Shown one piece after another: positions 18,418-27,096 of a stretch of 64,000 nt of DNA. The stretch lies in NCBI GenBank assembly GCA_964558575.1, contig CAZLEQ010000011.1, forward strand, positions 1,910 through 65,909, written 5' to 3'. This DNA is from an uncultured Acidimicrobiaceae bacterium (GTDB lineage Bacteria; Actinomycetota; Acidimicrobiia; Spongiisociales; ZC4RG35). The notes under the pieces were generated by a model. The model was not told where the DNA came from, ran no database searches, and saw only the letters and a list, made by a program, of their open reading frames with translations. Position numbers and translations under genes: made by a program. Each line of letters opens with the position of its first letter. The stretch's first letter is position 1.

Positions 18418-19764
18418 ATGATGCGCGGTCTCTCCATCTTCTTTGCGCTGTCCCTCGTGGTCGCCGCCTGTACCGGTGGCGAGGGGGCGACGACCACCAC
18501 CACTGGTGATCAGCGGACGCAAACCACCGCCGACGTAGCAGATACCACGACCACCATCGGAGAGGTCACCACGACCAGTGAAGTGGTCGCACCGACCACC
18601 ACCGCCCCCGACCTCTCCGGTCTCGAAGGATTGTCAGACCAGGTCAGGGTGCAGCTCGAGACGCTGATCGAGGAGGCCCAGGAGATCCGGGGTCTGCCGT
18701 TCCTCAGCCCACCTCAGATAAGAGTGGTGACCGAGGACGAGCTGGAGGCACTGGTCCGGGCCGAGATCGAGGAGCAGTCTGAAGACTTCCCCGCCGACGA
18801 GGCCCTATACAAGATGCTCGGCCTGCTCAACGAGGCGGCCGATTTCGAGCAGATCGTCCTCGATCTCTACGGCGAGCAGGTCGCGGGATATTACGACGGC
18901 GAGACCGGTGAGATCGTGATCCCCGCGCATGATGAGGGTCTCACCGTGCTGCAGCGGGGGACCCTGCTGCACGAATTGGTCCACGCCCTGACCGACCAGC
19001 ACTTCTCGTTCCACGAGTCCTTCCGGGTGATGATCGACGAAGACCGTCTCGACGAGGCCAGTGCCTACCAGGCCCTCATCGAAGGTGATGCCACTCTGGC
19101 CGAGGTGTTGTGGGCCCAGCGGCTGAGTCAGCGCGAGCTGGGGGAGTTCATCGCCCAGTCGCTCGAGATCGACACGACATCCTTCCAGGCCGCCCCCCGC
19201 TTTCTAACCGAGTCGTTGCTGTTCCCGTACGAGACCGGCCTGGCGTTCGTGCAGACTCTCTACGAGTCTGCCGGGGGCTGGGGCGAGGTGAACGAGGCCT
19301 ACACGACACTCGCCGACCTTCCCGGATCCACCGAGCAAGTCATCAACCCCGGCGCCTACCGACGGGATCTCCCGGTCGAGGTGGAGATTCCCGACATCAC
19401 CATCCCGGGGTACGAACTGGTGCGGACCTCGGTCTGGGGGGAACACGGCTTCCGACTGCTCCTCAACCAGGGATCCAACACCGAAACCGTGGCAGAGGCG
19501 GCCGCGGGATGGGGCGGTGATACATACCACCAGTGGTTCGACGGAGAGAACGCTGCGCTCCTCATCGTCTACCGGGGAGACACCCCCGGCGACATGCGGA
19601 CGCTCGAGGAGGCATTGCTCTCGTTCGCCCTGAACGACTTCCCCGAGGATCACTTCGCGTGGGTCGAGGTGATGGGCGGGAACCTCTACTTCATCGCCGC
19701 CCATGAGCCCTCGGTTGGCGAGCAGATCCGATCTGGTGTCGGCCTCCCTGAACCGACCGGTTAG
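18418..19764 (+). CDS. secreted lipoprotein with HExxH zinc-metallopeptidase motif
   Basis: Lipobox LSLVVAAC, a Thr-rich linker, LLHELVHALTDQH and a downstream EGDATLAE (gluzincin-like third ligand). Family not identified. Confidence 0.7.
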   Translation: MMRGLSIFFALSLVVAACTGGEGATTTTTGDQRTQTTADVADTTTTIGEVTTTSEVVAPTTTAPDLSGLEGLSDQVRVQLETLIEEAQEIRGLPFLSPPQIRVVTEDELEALVRAEIEEQSEDFPADEALYKMLGLLNEAADFEQIVLDLYGEQVAGYYDGETGEIVIPAHDEGLTVLQRGTLLHELVHALTDQHFSFHESFRVMIDEDRLDEASAYQALIEGDATLAEVLWAQRLSQRELGEFIAQSLEIDTTSFQAAPRFLTESLLFPYETGLAFVQTLYESAGGWGEVNEAYTTLADLPGSTEQVINPGAYRRDLPVEVEIPDITIPGYELVRTSVWGEHGFRLLLNQGSNTETVAEAAAGWGGDTYHQWFDGENAALLIVYRGDTPGDMRTLEEALLSFALNDFPEDHFAWVEVMGGNLYFIAAHEPSVGEQIRSGVGLPEPTG

Positions 19765-19773
19765 CGTCCCGAC

Positions 19774-20607
19774 GTGCCCAGCGGCCGTCTCATCGTCTGC
19801 GCCACACCGATCGGAAACCTCGGCGACGTCTCCGAGCGTCTCCGCAACGCGCTCGCCTCGGCAGATGTCGTCTTCGCCGAGGACACCAGACGCACTGCCA
19901 AGCTCCTCAGCCACCTGGTGGTCTCCGTGCGGCTGGTGTCACTGTTCGCCGGCAACGAGCAGTCTCGATCGGGCGATGTGGTCGAAGCGGTGCGGTCGGG
20001 GAACACCGTGGTGCTGGTCTCAGACGCCGGCATGCCCACCGTGTCCGACCCCGGCGCTCCGGCTGTCCGGGCGGTACGGGAGGCGGGTTACCCGGTGACG
20101 GTCATCCCCGGTCCATCGGCGGTGACCACCGCGCTCGCCCTCTCGGGGTTCGGTGGTGATCGGTTCGTGTTCGAGGGGTTTCTCCCCAGGAAGGGGAGGG
20201 AGAGGTCGGAGCGACTCACGGAGCTGAGCAAGGAGACGCGAGCGGTGGTGTTGTTCGCCAGTCCCCACCGTATCACCGCCGACTTATCCGATCTCGCCGA
20301 GGCGTGTGGGGGGTCCCGCTCGGTGGCCGTGATGAGGGAGCTGACCAAGCTGCATGAGGAGACCTGGGTTGGTCCACTCCAAGGGGCGGTGGAGCGCTGG
20401 TCCGGTCCTGTGAGAGGTGAGGTGACTCTGGTCCTCGCCCCGGTCGAGCCACCGGCTCCTTCCGTCGAAGATGCGATCGACCGGGCGCGGGGACTCGTCG
20501 CCGGAGGAGCCAGCGTGCGCGAGGCGGCAAAGGCGGCGTCAGATGAGGCGGGCGCGTCGCGTCGGGAGGTCTACGAGGCCCTGCTCGAGGATCAGGAGTC
20601 GAGCTGA
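19774..20607 (+). CDS. rsmI: 16S rRNA (cytidine1402-2'-O)-methyltransferase
   Basis: GRLIVCATPIGNLGDVSERLRNALASADVVFAEDTRRTAKLL...VLVSDAGMPTVSDPG (tetrapyrrole-methylase fold typical of RsmI). Confidence 0.9.
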   Translation: MPSGRLIVCATPIGNLGDVSERLRNALASADVVFAEDTRRTAKLLSHLVVSVRLVSLFAGNEQSRSGDVVEAVRSGNTVVLVSDAGMPTVSDPGAPAVRAVREAGYPVTVIPGPSAVTTALALSGFGGDRFVFEGFLPRKGRERSERLTELSKETRAVVLFASPHRITADLSDLAEACGGSRSVAVMRELTKLHEETWVGPLQGAVERWSGPVRGEVTLVLAPVEPPAPSVEDAIDRARGLVAGGASVREAAKAASDEAGASRREVYEALLEDQESS

Positions 20608-20828
20608 GATCGACAGGTGGAGCAGATGCCCTTCCCTTTGAACTGGGAGACCTGATGGTCGCTGCCACAGAAGGTGCAGGAGTCTGTCATCTTCCGCAGG
20701 ACGATGTTTCCCCCTTCCACGTTGATGAAGAGATGATCGCCTTCCCTGATGTTGAACATTCGCCGGGTCTCGGCGGGTATGACGATCCTCCCCAGGTCGT
20801 CGATCTTGCGGGCAATCCCAGAATCCAC
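20592..20828 (-). CDS. AbrB/SpoVT-type DNA-binding protein with C-terminal zinc ribbon
   Basis: VDSGIARKIDDLGRIVIPAETRRMFNIREGDHLFINVEGGNIVLRK aligns with the AbrB N-domain. The C-terminus is CTFCGSDHQVSQFKGKGICSTC (CxxC...CxxC). GTG 20828 chosen; ATG 20879 is possible. Confidence 0.7.
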   Translation of the reverse strand: MDSGIARKIDDLGRIVIPAETRRMFNIREGDHLFINVEGGNIVLRKMTDSCTFCGSDHQVSQFKGKGICSTCRSQLDS

Positions 20829-20881
20829 GGCGCGCAGCCTACCGATCGAGACACGGGGGATGGCGGGTACCGTCATCATCG

Positions 20882-21628
20882 ATGACCTGGGTCGACACAC
20901 ACTGTCACCTACAGCTCGACGGGCGTCCTCCCGGAGATCTGTTGGACCGTGCCGAAGACGTCGACTGGGTGGTGGCTCCGGGGATCGACGCCGAGAGCTC
21001 ACAGGCATCACTCGACCTGGCCCGGGAGTTCCCCGGGAGGGTGCTGGCCACCGCCGGTCTCCATCCCCACGAGGCGTCGGCATGGCCCGAACAGCGAGCC
21101 GCGATCGAGGATATGGCAGCGAAGGTTTCGGCGATCGGGGAAACCGGTCTCGACTTCTATCGAGACCTGTCCCCGCGTGAGGCACAGGAGGTCTCGTTTC
21201 GGGATCAGATCTCGATCGCCCTCGACTCAGACAAGCCGGTCATCGTTCATTGCAGGGACGCCTTCGGTGATGTACACCGGATCATCGAGGAAACCGGTGT
21301 CGGCCCCCAGGCGATCCTCCATTGCTGGACCGGTGGCACTCGTTGGACGCGACGCTTCCTCGAGCTCGGGGTGACTTTCTCCTTCGCCGGGCCGGTTGCC
21401 TTCGAGACGGGGGAGACCATCCGCCTGGGCGCCGAGTTGGTGCCGCCGGAGCGGGCACTCGTCGAGACCGACACCCCATATCTCGCCCCGCCACCACACC
21501 AGGGTTTGCGCAACGAGCCCTCGTGGGTGTCCTATGTGGGCATGGCGCTGGGTCGAGTGTGGGACATGCCGGTGACCGACGTCGCGGCAGCCACGTCTGC
21601 CAACGCCGTCCGGATCTTCTCCCGGTGA
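20882..21628 (+). CDS. tatD: TatD family metal-dependent hydrolase (DNase)
   Basis: MTWVDTHCHLQL...AGLHPHEA...ETGLDFYR...VIVHCRDA...ILHCWTG...ETDTPYLAP. Confidence 0.9.
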   Translation: MTWVDTHCHLQLDGRPPGDLLDRAEDVDWVVAPGIDAESSQASLDLAREFPGRVLATAGLHPHEASAWPEQRAAIEDMAAKVSAIGETGLDFYRDLSPREAQEVSFRDQISIALDSDKPVIVHCRDAFGDVHRIIEETGVGPQAILHCWTGGTRWTRRFLELGVTFSFAGPVAFETGETIRLGAELVPPERALVETDTPYLAPPPHQGLRNEPSWVSYVGMALGRVWDMPVTDVAAATSANAVRIFSR

Positions 21629-22428
21629 CCGCGCAGACCCGATCCGAGATCGCCGGGTTGCTGCAGCGACATGGGTTGGCCCCAACCCCCCGTCTCGGCC
21701 AGCATTTCCTCGCCGACGCCAACATCACGAGGAAGATCGTGGCGCTGGCCGGGGTTGGTCCCGGATCGCGCTGCGTCGAGGTGGGAGCGGGGACGGGGAC
21801 TCTGACCAGGGCGCTGGCCGCCACCGGTGCCCACGTCGTCTCCTATGAGATCGACCATGGATTGCGCCCCGTGCTCGCGGAGGTGACCGCCGGCCTCGAT
21901 GTGGAGCTCAGGTTCGTCGACGTCACCACGGTCGACTTCGCCGCATCACTGCATGGTGACCGGTGGGCGATGGTGGCCAATCTCCCTTACAACGTCGGCA
22001 CCCCTGTGGTGTTGAAGGCACTGCGATCGGCCCCCAACGTCCAACGGTTCGTGGTCATGGTGCAAAAGGAGGTGGCGGAGCGTTTTGCCGCTTCCCGGGG
22101 CAGCACCGGTTATGGCCTGCCGTCGGTCGTGGCCGGGATCCACGCCGAGACGTCGGTGGCGTTCACGGTTCCTGCTCAGGTGTTCTACCCACCGCCCCGA
22201 GTGGAGTCGGCCGTGGTCGTGATGGAGAGGAAACCGGCCCCGGTCGAGGCGGACCGTGCCGTGGAGTTGGCCAGGGCGGGGTTCGGCCAGCGGCGAAAGA
22301 TGCTGCGACGGTCCCTGGCGAAGGTCCTGGACGACCCGGTGGCCAAGCTGGAGGCCGCTGGTATCGATCCCACCGATCGCGCCGAAAACCTCGGTCCGGA
22401 CGACTACTTGAGGTTGGCGACGGTCTGA
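21625..22428 (+). CDS. rsmA: 16S rRNA (adenine1518/1519-N6)-dimethyltransferase
   Basis: GQHFLADANITRKIVALAGVGPGSRCVEVGAGTGTLTRAL...ANLPYNVGTP. GTGA overlap with tatD. Confidence 0.9.
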   Translation: MTAQTRSEIAGLLQRHGLAPTPRLGQHFLADANITRKIVALAGVGPGSRCVEVGAGTGTLTRALAATGAHVVSYEIDHGLRPVLAEVTAGLDVELRFVDVTTVDFAASLHGDRWAMVANLPYNVGTPVVLKALRSAPNVQRFVVMVQKEVAERFAASRGSTGYGLPSVVAGIHAETSVAFTVPAQVFYPPPRVESAVVVMERKPAPVEADRAVELARAGFGQRRKMLRRSLAKVLDDPVAKLEAAGIDPTDRAENLGPDDYLRLATV

Positions 22429-23276
22429 TGCCCCGCTACGAGGCACCGGCGAAACTCAACCTGTCGCTGTTGGTTCGACCAGCTCGCGACGACGGATACC
22501 ACCCGCTCGAGTCCCTGGTTCAGACTGTGGGGTGGTGCGACCTACTGCAGGTGGAGCGGGGAGAGGAAGGTGACGACACCTTCGCTTCGGACATCGAGGA
22601 CAACCTGGTGGAGCGGGCTCTGGCCGAGATGCGGAAAACGGTGGGTGTGCCCCCACTCCACCTCAGTTTGTTCAAGGAGATCCCCATGGAGGCCGGACTG
22701 GGGGGCGGCAGCTCCGATGCCGCGGCGACGCTGCTGGCCGTCTCCGACATGATTCACGTGGACCGGGACGAGATATCCCGGATCGGCTCTCGTGTCGGGG
22801 CAGACGTTCCGCTGTTCTTCATCGGGGGGACGCTGAGGATGAGTGGGATCGGGGAGGTGATCGAGCCCGTCACGCCTTTGGACGACTTCGCCGTGGCGGT
22901 GGTGGTCCCCGAGTTCGGTTTGGCGACCCGGGAGGTCTATCACCGCTGGGATCGGCTGGAGGGGCCCGAGGGGGCTCGCGTCGCCGACGATGGGCTCCCC
23001 CCGTCACTCCGGGGCGGGATGCCGATGCGCAACGACCTGCTTCCTGCGGCCCTCGATCTCGAGCCCCGTCTCGGCGACTTCATGTCCGATGTCGCCTCGG
23101 TGTGGGGGACACCGGTCTGTCTCACCGGATCGGGATCGGCTTGTTTCGGCTATTTCGCCACCCTCGACGAGGCCTCCGACGCCGCGGGAGCGGTCGCCGA
23201 TCTGACCCGCGCGGGCAGGGGGGTCGAGCTGAGGAGCCGGGGGGTCAGCCGTGTCGAGGATCGAGTGGACGATTGA
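22428..23276 (+). CDS. ispE: 4-diphosphocytidyl-2-C-methyl-D-erythritol kinase
   Basis: MPRYEAPAKLNLSLLV...KEIPMEAGLGGGSSDAAATLLA (GHMP kinase motif). TGATG overlap with rsmA. Confidence 0.9.
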   Translation: MPRYEAPAKLNLSLLVRPARDDGYHPLESLVQTVGWCDLLQVERGEEGDDTFASDIEDNLVERALAEMRKTVGVPPLHLSLFKEIPMEAGLGGGSSDAAATLLAVSDMIHVDRDEISRIGSRVGADVPLFFIGGTLRMSGIGEVIEPVTPLDDFAVAVVVPEFGLATREVYHRWDRLEGPEGARVADDGLPPSLRGGMPMRNDLLPAALDLEPRLGDFMSDVASVWGTPVCLTGSGSACFGYFATLDEASDAAGAVADLTRAGRGVELRSRGVSRVEDRVDD

Positions 23277-23367
23277 AACACCGTCGCGGTGTACTTCTGC
23301 ACACTCGATGGTTTCGGGTTCATCGTGTGTCCCCTTGTATTCTGAGTCAAGCCCTCGATCGAGGTAT

Positions 23368-23439
23368 TGGGGGGTGGTGTAACTGGTAACACGGCAGGTT
23401 TTGGTCCTGTTGTTGCGGGTTCGAGTCCTGCCCCCCCAG
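23368..23439 (+). tRNA. tRNA-Gln: tRNA-Gln (anticodon TTG)
   Basis: Hand-folded cloverleaf. Acceptor TGGGGGG/CCCCCCA, D arm GTGT/ACAC, anticodon arm GCAGG-TTTTGGT-CCTGT, T arm GCGGG-TTCGAGT-CCTGC, discriminator G. No encoded CCA. Confidence 0.9.
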
Positions 23440-23462
23440 CGCAGAGCACAGGAAGGCCCCAC

Positions 23463-24851
23463 TTGCCCACACATGTGATCATCCTCGCGGCCGGCGAGGG
23501 GAAGCGGATGAAGTCGAACCTTCCCAAGGTGGCTCATCGCGCCGCGGGCCGTCCTCTGGTCGACCATGTCATCGCGGCTGTCTCGACCCTGGCGCCGGCC
23601 TCGACGGTGGTCGTGGTCGGCCATGGGGCCGAACAGGTCCGTTCCATCCTCCCCGCAGGCGTCATCGACGCCCTCCAGGCCGACCAGCTCGGCACCGGCC
23701 ATGCCACACGGATAGGTCTGGAGGCACTGGGCCCTCTCGACCCCGATGACACGGTGATGATCCTGTACGGGGACACCCCGCTGCTCACTCCCGGGCTTCT
23801 CGAGAGGCTGGCCGAACTCGACGAGGGCGAGAGTGCCCGTCTCATCTCCTCCCGCCTGGACGACCCGTCAGGCTACGGACGCGTGGTTCGAGACGAATCA
23901 GGTCAGATCACAGGCATCGTCGAGGATCGCGACTGCTCACCTGTCCAGCTGGAGATAGACGAGGTGAACGCCGGCATCTACGCGGTGAAGGCGGGACGTC
24001 TCGCCGAGTCGCTGCAACGGGTGACCAACGACAACGATCAGGGCGAGTACTACCTGACCGATGTAATCGGCATCCTGGTGACCGAAGGTGACAGACTGTC
24101 AACGGTCGAGGCGTCGCCCGAGGAGGTGATGGGTATCAACTCGCAGGATCAACTCGCCGTAGCCCGCAAGGAACTGCGCCTGCGGATCAACCAGAGGTTG
24201 ATGGAGTCGGGCGTCGAGATCATCGATCCCGAGCGCACCTACATCGACGAGGCTGTGACGCTGGCGCCCGGGGTGCTCATCTACCCGGGCACACATCTCG
24301 AGGGTGCCACTGCCGTCGGTGCCCGATCCGAGATCGGCCCCGACGTCTTTGCTGTCGATTCGACCATCGGCGAGGACTCGAAGGTCTGGTATGCGGTGTT
24401 ACGTGGTGCGCAGATCGGCGACGGGTGCGAGGTGGGGCCCTACGCCTCGTTGCGTCAGGGAACCGTTCTCGAAGACGGCTCGAAGATCGGGACGTTCGTC
24501 GAGACCAAGAACACGGTCATGGGCGAGGGGGCGAAGGCCAACCACCTCGCCTACCTCGGCGATGCCGACGTAGGAGCTCGAGCCAACATCGGTGCGGGTG
24601 TCGTCACCGTGAACTACGACGGAGTCAAGAAGTCGCGGACCGAGATCGGCGAAGATGCCTTCATCGGATCGGACACCATGCTCGTCGCTCCGGTCAGAGT
24701 GGGCGATCGGGCCAGCACCGGGGCCGGGTCGGTGATCACCACCGACGTGAACGAAGACGCCCTGGCAATCGAGCGATCTGATCAAAGGGAAATACCCGGC
24801 TACGCTCAAAAGCGCGCCGCGCGCAAGGCAGCCGAAGACGCAGAGGACTGA
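23463..24851 (+). CDS. glmU: bifunctional GlcNAc-1-P uridylyltransferase / GlcN-1-P acetyltransferase
   Basis: VIILAAGEGKRMKSNLPKV... followed by C-terminal left-handed beta-helix hexapeptide repeats. TTG 23463 lies 7 nt after GGAAGG. The ORF-track start 23367 would overlap the tRNA. Confidence 0.9.
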   Translation: MPTHVIILAAGEGKRMKSNLPKVAHRAAGRPLVDHVIAAVSTLAPASTVVVVGHGAEQVRSILPAGVIDALQADQLGTGHATRIGLEALGPLDPDDTVMILYGDTPLLTPGLLERLAELDEGESARLISSRLDDPSGYGRVVRDESGQITGIVEDRDCSPVQLEIDEVNAGIYAVKAGRLAESLQRVTNDNDQGEYYLTDVIGILVTEGDRLSTVEASPEEVMGINSQDQLAVARKELRLRINQRLMESGVEIIDPERTYIDEAVTLAPGVLIYPGTHLEGATAVGARSEIGPDVFAVDSTIGEDSKVWYAVLRGAQIGDGCEVGPYASLRQGTVLEDGSKIGTFVETKNTVMGEGAKANHLAYLGDADVGARANIGAGVVTVNYDGVKKSRTEIGEDAFIGSDTMLVAPVRVGDRASTGAGSVITTDVNEDALAIERSDQREIPGYAQKRAARKAAEDAED

Positions 24852-24852
24852 C

Positions 24853-25824
24853 GTGGACATCGTCTCCCGCAATCGAATGATGGTCTTCACCGGGGGCGCC
24901 AACGAGCCCCTGGCGGACGAAGTGGCCGACGTACTCGGGATCCAGCTGGGCAAGATCGAGCGATCCAGTTTCGCCAACGGCGAGATCTACGTGCGGCCCG
25001 TGGAGAGCGTGCGCGGTGCCGACTGCTTCGTGATCCAGAGCCACTGTGCCCCGGTCAACGACAACATCATGGAGCAGTTGATCACGATCGACGCGTTGCG
25101 TCGGGCATCGGCACGTCGCATCACCGCCGTCATCCCCTTCCTCGGCTACTCACGCCAGGACAAGAAGGTCATGCCGCGGGAGCCGATCACCGCCCGACTC
25201 GTGGCCGATCTCTTCATGAAGGCAGGGGCAGACCGGCTGGTGTCGGTCGATCTGCACACGGGACAGCTCCAGGGCTTCATCTCCAAGCCCTGGGATTCCC
25301 TCACCGCCCTCCCGATCATCACCGACTACTTGAGCGGGAGGCTCAACGGCAAGACCACTGTCCTGTCTCCCGATGCCGGTGGCGTGAAGCGAGCCGAGCG
25401 GTATGCCCGTCACCTGGGCGCATCCGTCGCCTTCGTCTACAAGCGTCGCGAGCCAGACGAGCACAACGTGTCCGAGGCCCTGTCGATGGCGGGAAAGGTG
25501 ACCGACCGCCATGTGGTCATCGTCGACGACATGATCGACACCGCCGGGACCGTGTGCAACGCCGCCGAGATGGTCAAGGAGTTCGGCGCCAAGAGCGTTC
25601 GGATCGCCGCCACTCACGGCATCTTCTCCGATCCTGCCCTCGATCGGATCAAGAACGCGCCGATCGAAGAGGTGATCGTCACCAACACCCTCCCGGTCAG
25701 CAGTGACATCCAGGCCCTGGACAACGTCCAGGTGCTCTCCATCGCCCCGATCCTGGCCGAGACGCTCCAGGCGATCTTCATGGACTCCTCGGTGTCGGAG
25801 ATCTTCCTCGGAGAGAACGCCTAG
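24853..25824 (+). CDS. prs: ribose-phosphate pyrophosphokinase
   Basis: FANGEIYVRPVESVRGADCFVIQS...YSRQDKK...VIVDDMIDTAGT (PRPP-binding loop). Confidence 0.92.
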   Translation: MDIVSRNRMMVFTGGANEPLADEVADVLGIQLGKIERSSFANGEIYVRPVESVRGADCFVIQSHCAPVNDNIMEQLITIDALRRASARRITAVIPFLGYSRQDKKVMPREPITARLVADLFMKAGADRLVSVDLHTGQLQGFISKPWDSLTALPIITDYLSGRLNGKTTVLSPDAGGVKRAERYARHLGASVAFVYKRREPDEHNVSEALSMAGKVTDRHVVIVDDMIDTAGTVCNAAEMVKEFGAKSVRIAATHGIFSDPALDRIKNAPIEEVIVTNTLPVSSDIQALDNVQVLSIAPILAETLQAIFMDSSVSEIFLGENA

Positions 25825-25882
25825 GTGTGACCCCGATCAGCCGATAGGGCGGTGGGGTGCTCTGTATAGGATCGAGGAGTGT

Positions 25883-27055
25883 ATGGAGCAACGCGGCTTT
25901 CTCCTGGTTGCCGATATCACCGGTTACACGGCGTACCTGAGCGAGTCGGAGCTCGACCACGCGCAAGGGACCCTGACCGATCTGCTCGAGCTCCTCATCG
26001 AGCACACCCGCCCACCATTGCAGATATCGGGCCTCGCCGGCGATGCCGTGCTCAGTTACTCCCTCGACGAGGGGTTTGTCAGCCCACAGACGTTCATCGA
26101 GAGTCTCGAGGACACCTACGTCGCCTTCCGGCGGGCGATCGAGTTGATGGTCCTCAACAACACCTGCCGCTGCAATGCCTGTGCCAACGTGTCCTCTCTC
26201 GATCTCAAGTTCTTCGTCCACCATGGGACGTTCGTGCTGCAGACGGTTGGGGGGTATCAGGAGCTGGTGGGCAGTGATGTCAACCTGCTCCATCGGCTCC
26301 TGAAGAACACCGTGACCGCCGAACTGGGGCTCGGTGCCTACATCTTGTGTACCGATGCCGCCGAGAGAGCACTCGGTCTCGGCGAGGCCGGCCACGAAAT
26401 GGTTCGTCACGTCGAGCATCTGGTGGACTTCGGCGAGGTGGTCACCTGGGTCAGGGACATGCACCCGGTGTTCGAGGAGAGAAAGGACGAAACCCTCATC
26501 ACGTACGGGGAGGACGAGGTGGTGACCACGCTCGAGACCACCATTGCCCTGCCGCCCGAGATCGTATGGGACTATCTCAACCAGACACAGTTCCGGGACA
26601 TCCTGATGGGTGCGGATCGTCACGAGCTGTTGGACCGCACCGGTAGTCGGGTCGGCGAGGGGACGGTGTACCAGTGTTATCACGGAAACCACGCCATCCC
26701 CCAGGTCGTGGTGGAGTGGCGTCCTGTGCAGCGCGTCGTGGTCCGGATGACGGCACCCATCCCCGGCGGGCCGATCGATCTGCTCATCGACCTCACCCTC
26801 ACGCCGATCGACGAGGGGACCAGGTTGACCGAGACGCTGGCGCGACTCGAGGGACCGATATTGGGACGTGCCGTCTTCCTCGCGATGGCGCGGTTGACGG
26901 GTAGCCAGGACCGGCGGCGCTTGACCTCTTTCGGCCACAGCATCGAGACCGACTACGCCGATCGCGCCGGGGGGTCGGCCCCAGCCCGTTCGGTGACCAC
27001 CGACCAGATCGCAGCCGCCGCCTCCGACAGCCTTCGATCCGCCGTCGACGACTGA
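25883..27055 (+). CDS. DUF2652 (nucleotidyl-cyclase-like) domain fused to an SRPBCC ligand-binding domain
   Basis: FLLVADITGYTAYL ... LAGDAVLSY ... CRCNACANV ... KFFVHHG resembles DUF2652. The C-terminal half (PPEIVWDYLNQ...VVEWRPVQRVV...) is START/SRPBCC-like. GAGGAG lies before ATG 25883. Confidence 0.7.
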   Translation: MEQRGFLLVADITGYTAYLSESELDHAQGTLTDLLELLIEHTRPPLQISGLAGDAVLSYSLDEGFVSPQTFIESLEDTYVAFRRAIELMVLNNTCRCNACANVSSLDLKFFVHHGTFVLQTVGGYQELVGSDVNLLHRLLKNTVTAELGLGAYILCTDAAERALGLGEAGHEMVRHVEHLVDFGEVVTWVRDMHPVFEERKDETLITYGEDEVVTTLETTIALPPEIVWDYLNQTQFRDILMGADRHELLDRTGSRVGEGTVYQCYHGNHAIPQVVVEWRPVQRVVVRMTAPIPGGPIDLLIDLTLTPIDEGTRLTETLARLEGPILGRAVFLAMARLTGSQDRRRLTSFGHSIETDYADRAGGSAPARSVTTDQIAAAASDSLRSAVDD

Positions 27056-27096
27056 GTGAGCGTTTCGCCCCGGCGGGTCATACAATCGACCGCTCT

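Noticed and set aside
18480-18610. Runs of ACC/ACG codons that look like a tandem repeat (also near 27240..27300)
   Set aside because: They are in-frame Thr-rich linkers of a lipoprotein and of the membrane-anchored PQQ dehydrogenase, not a DNA-level repeat array or CRISPR.
23367-23462. ORF-track start of glmU at 23367
   Set aside because: It would translate straight through the tRNA-Gln gene (23368..23439). TTG 23463 after GGAAGG, or GTG 23475, fits the conserved GlmU N-terminus.
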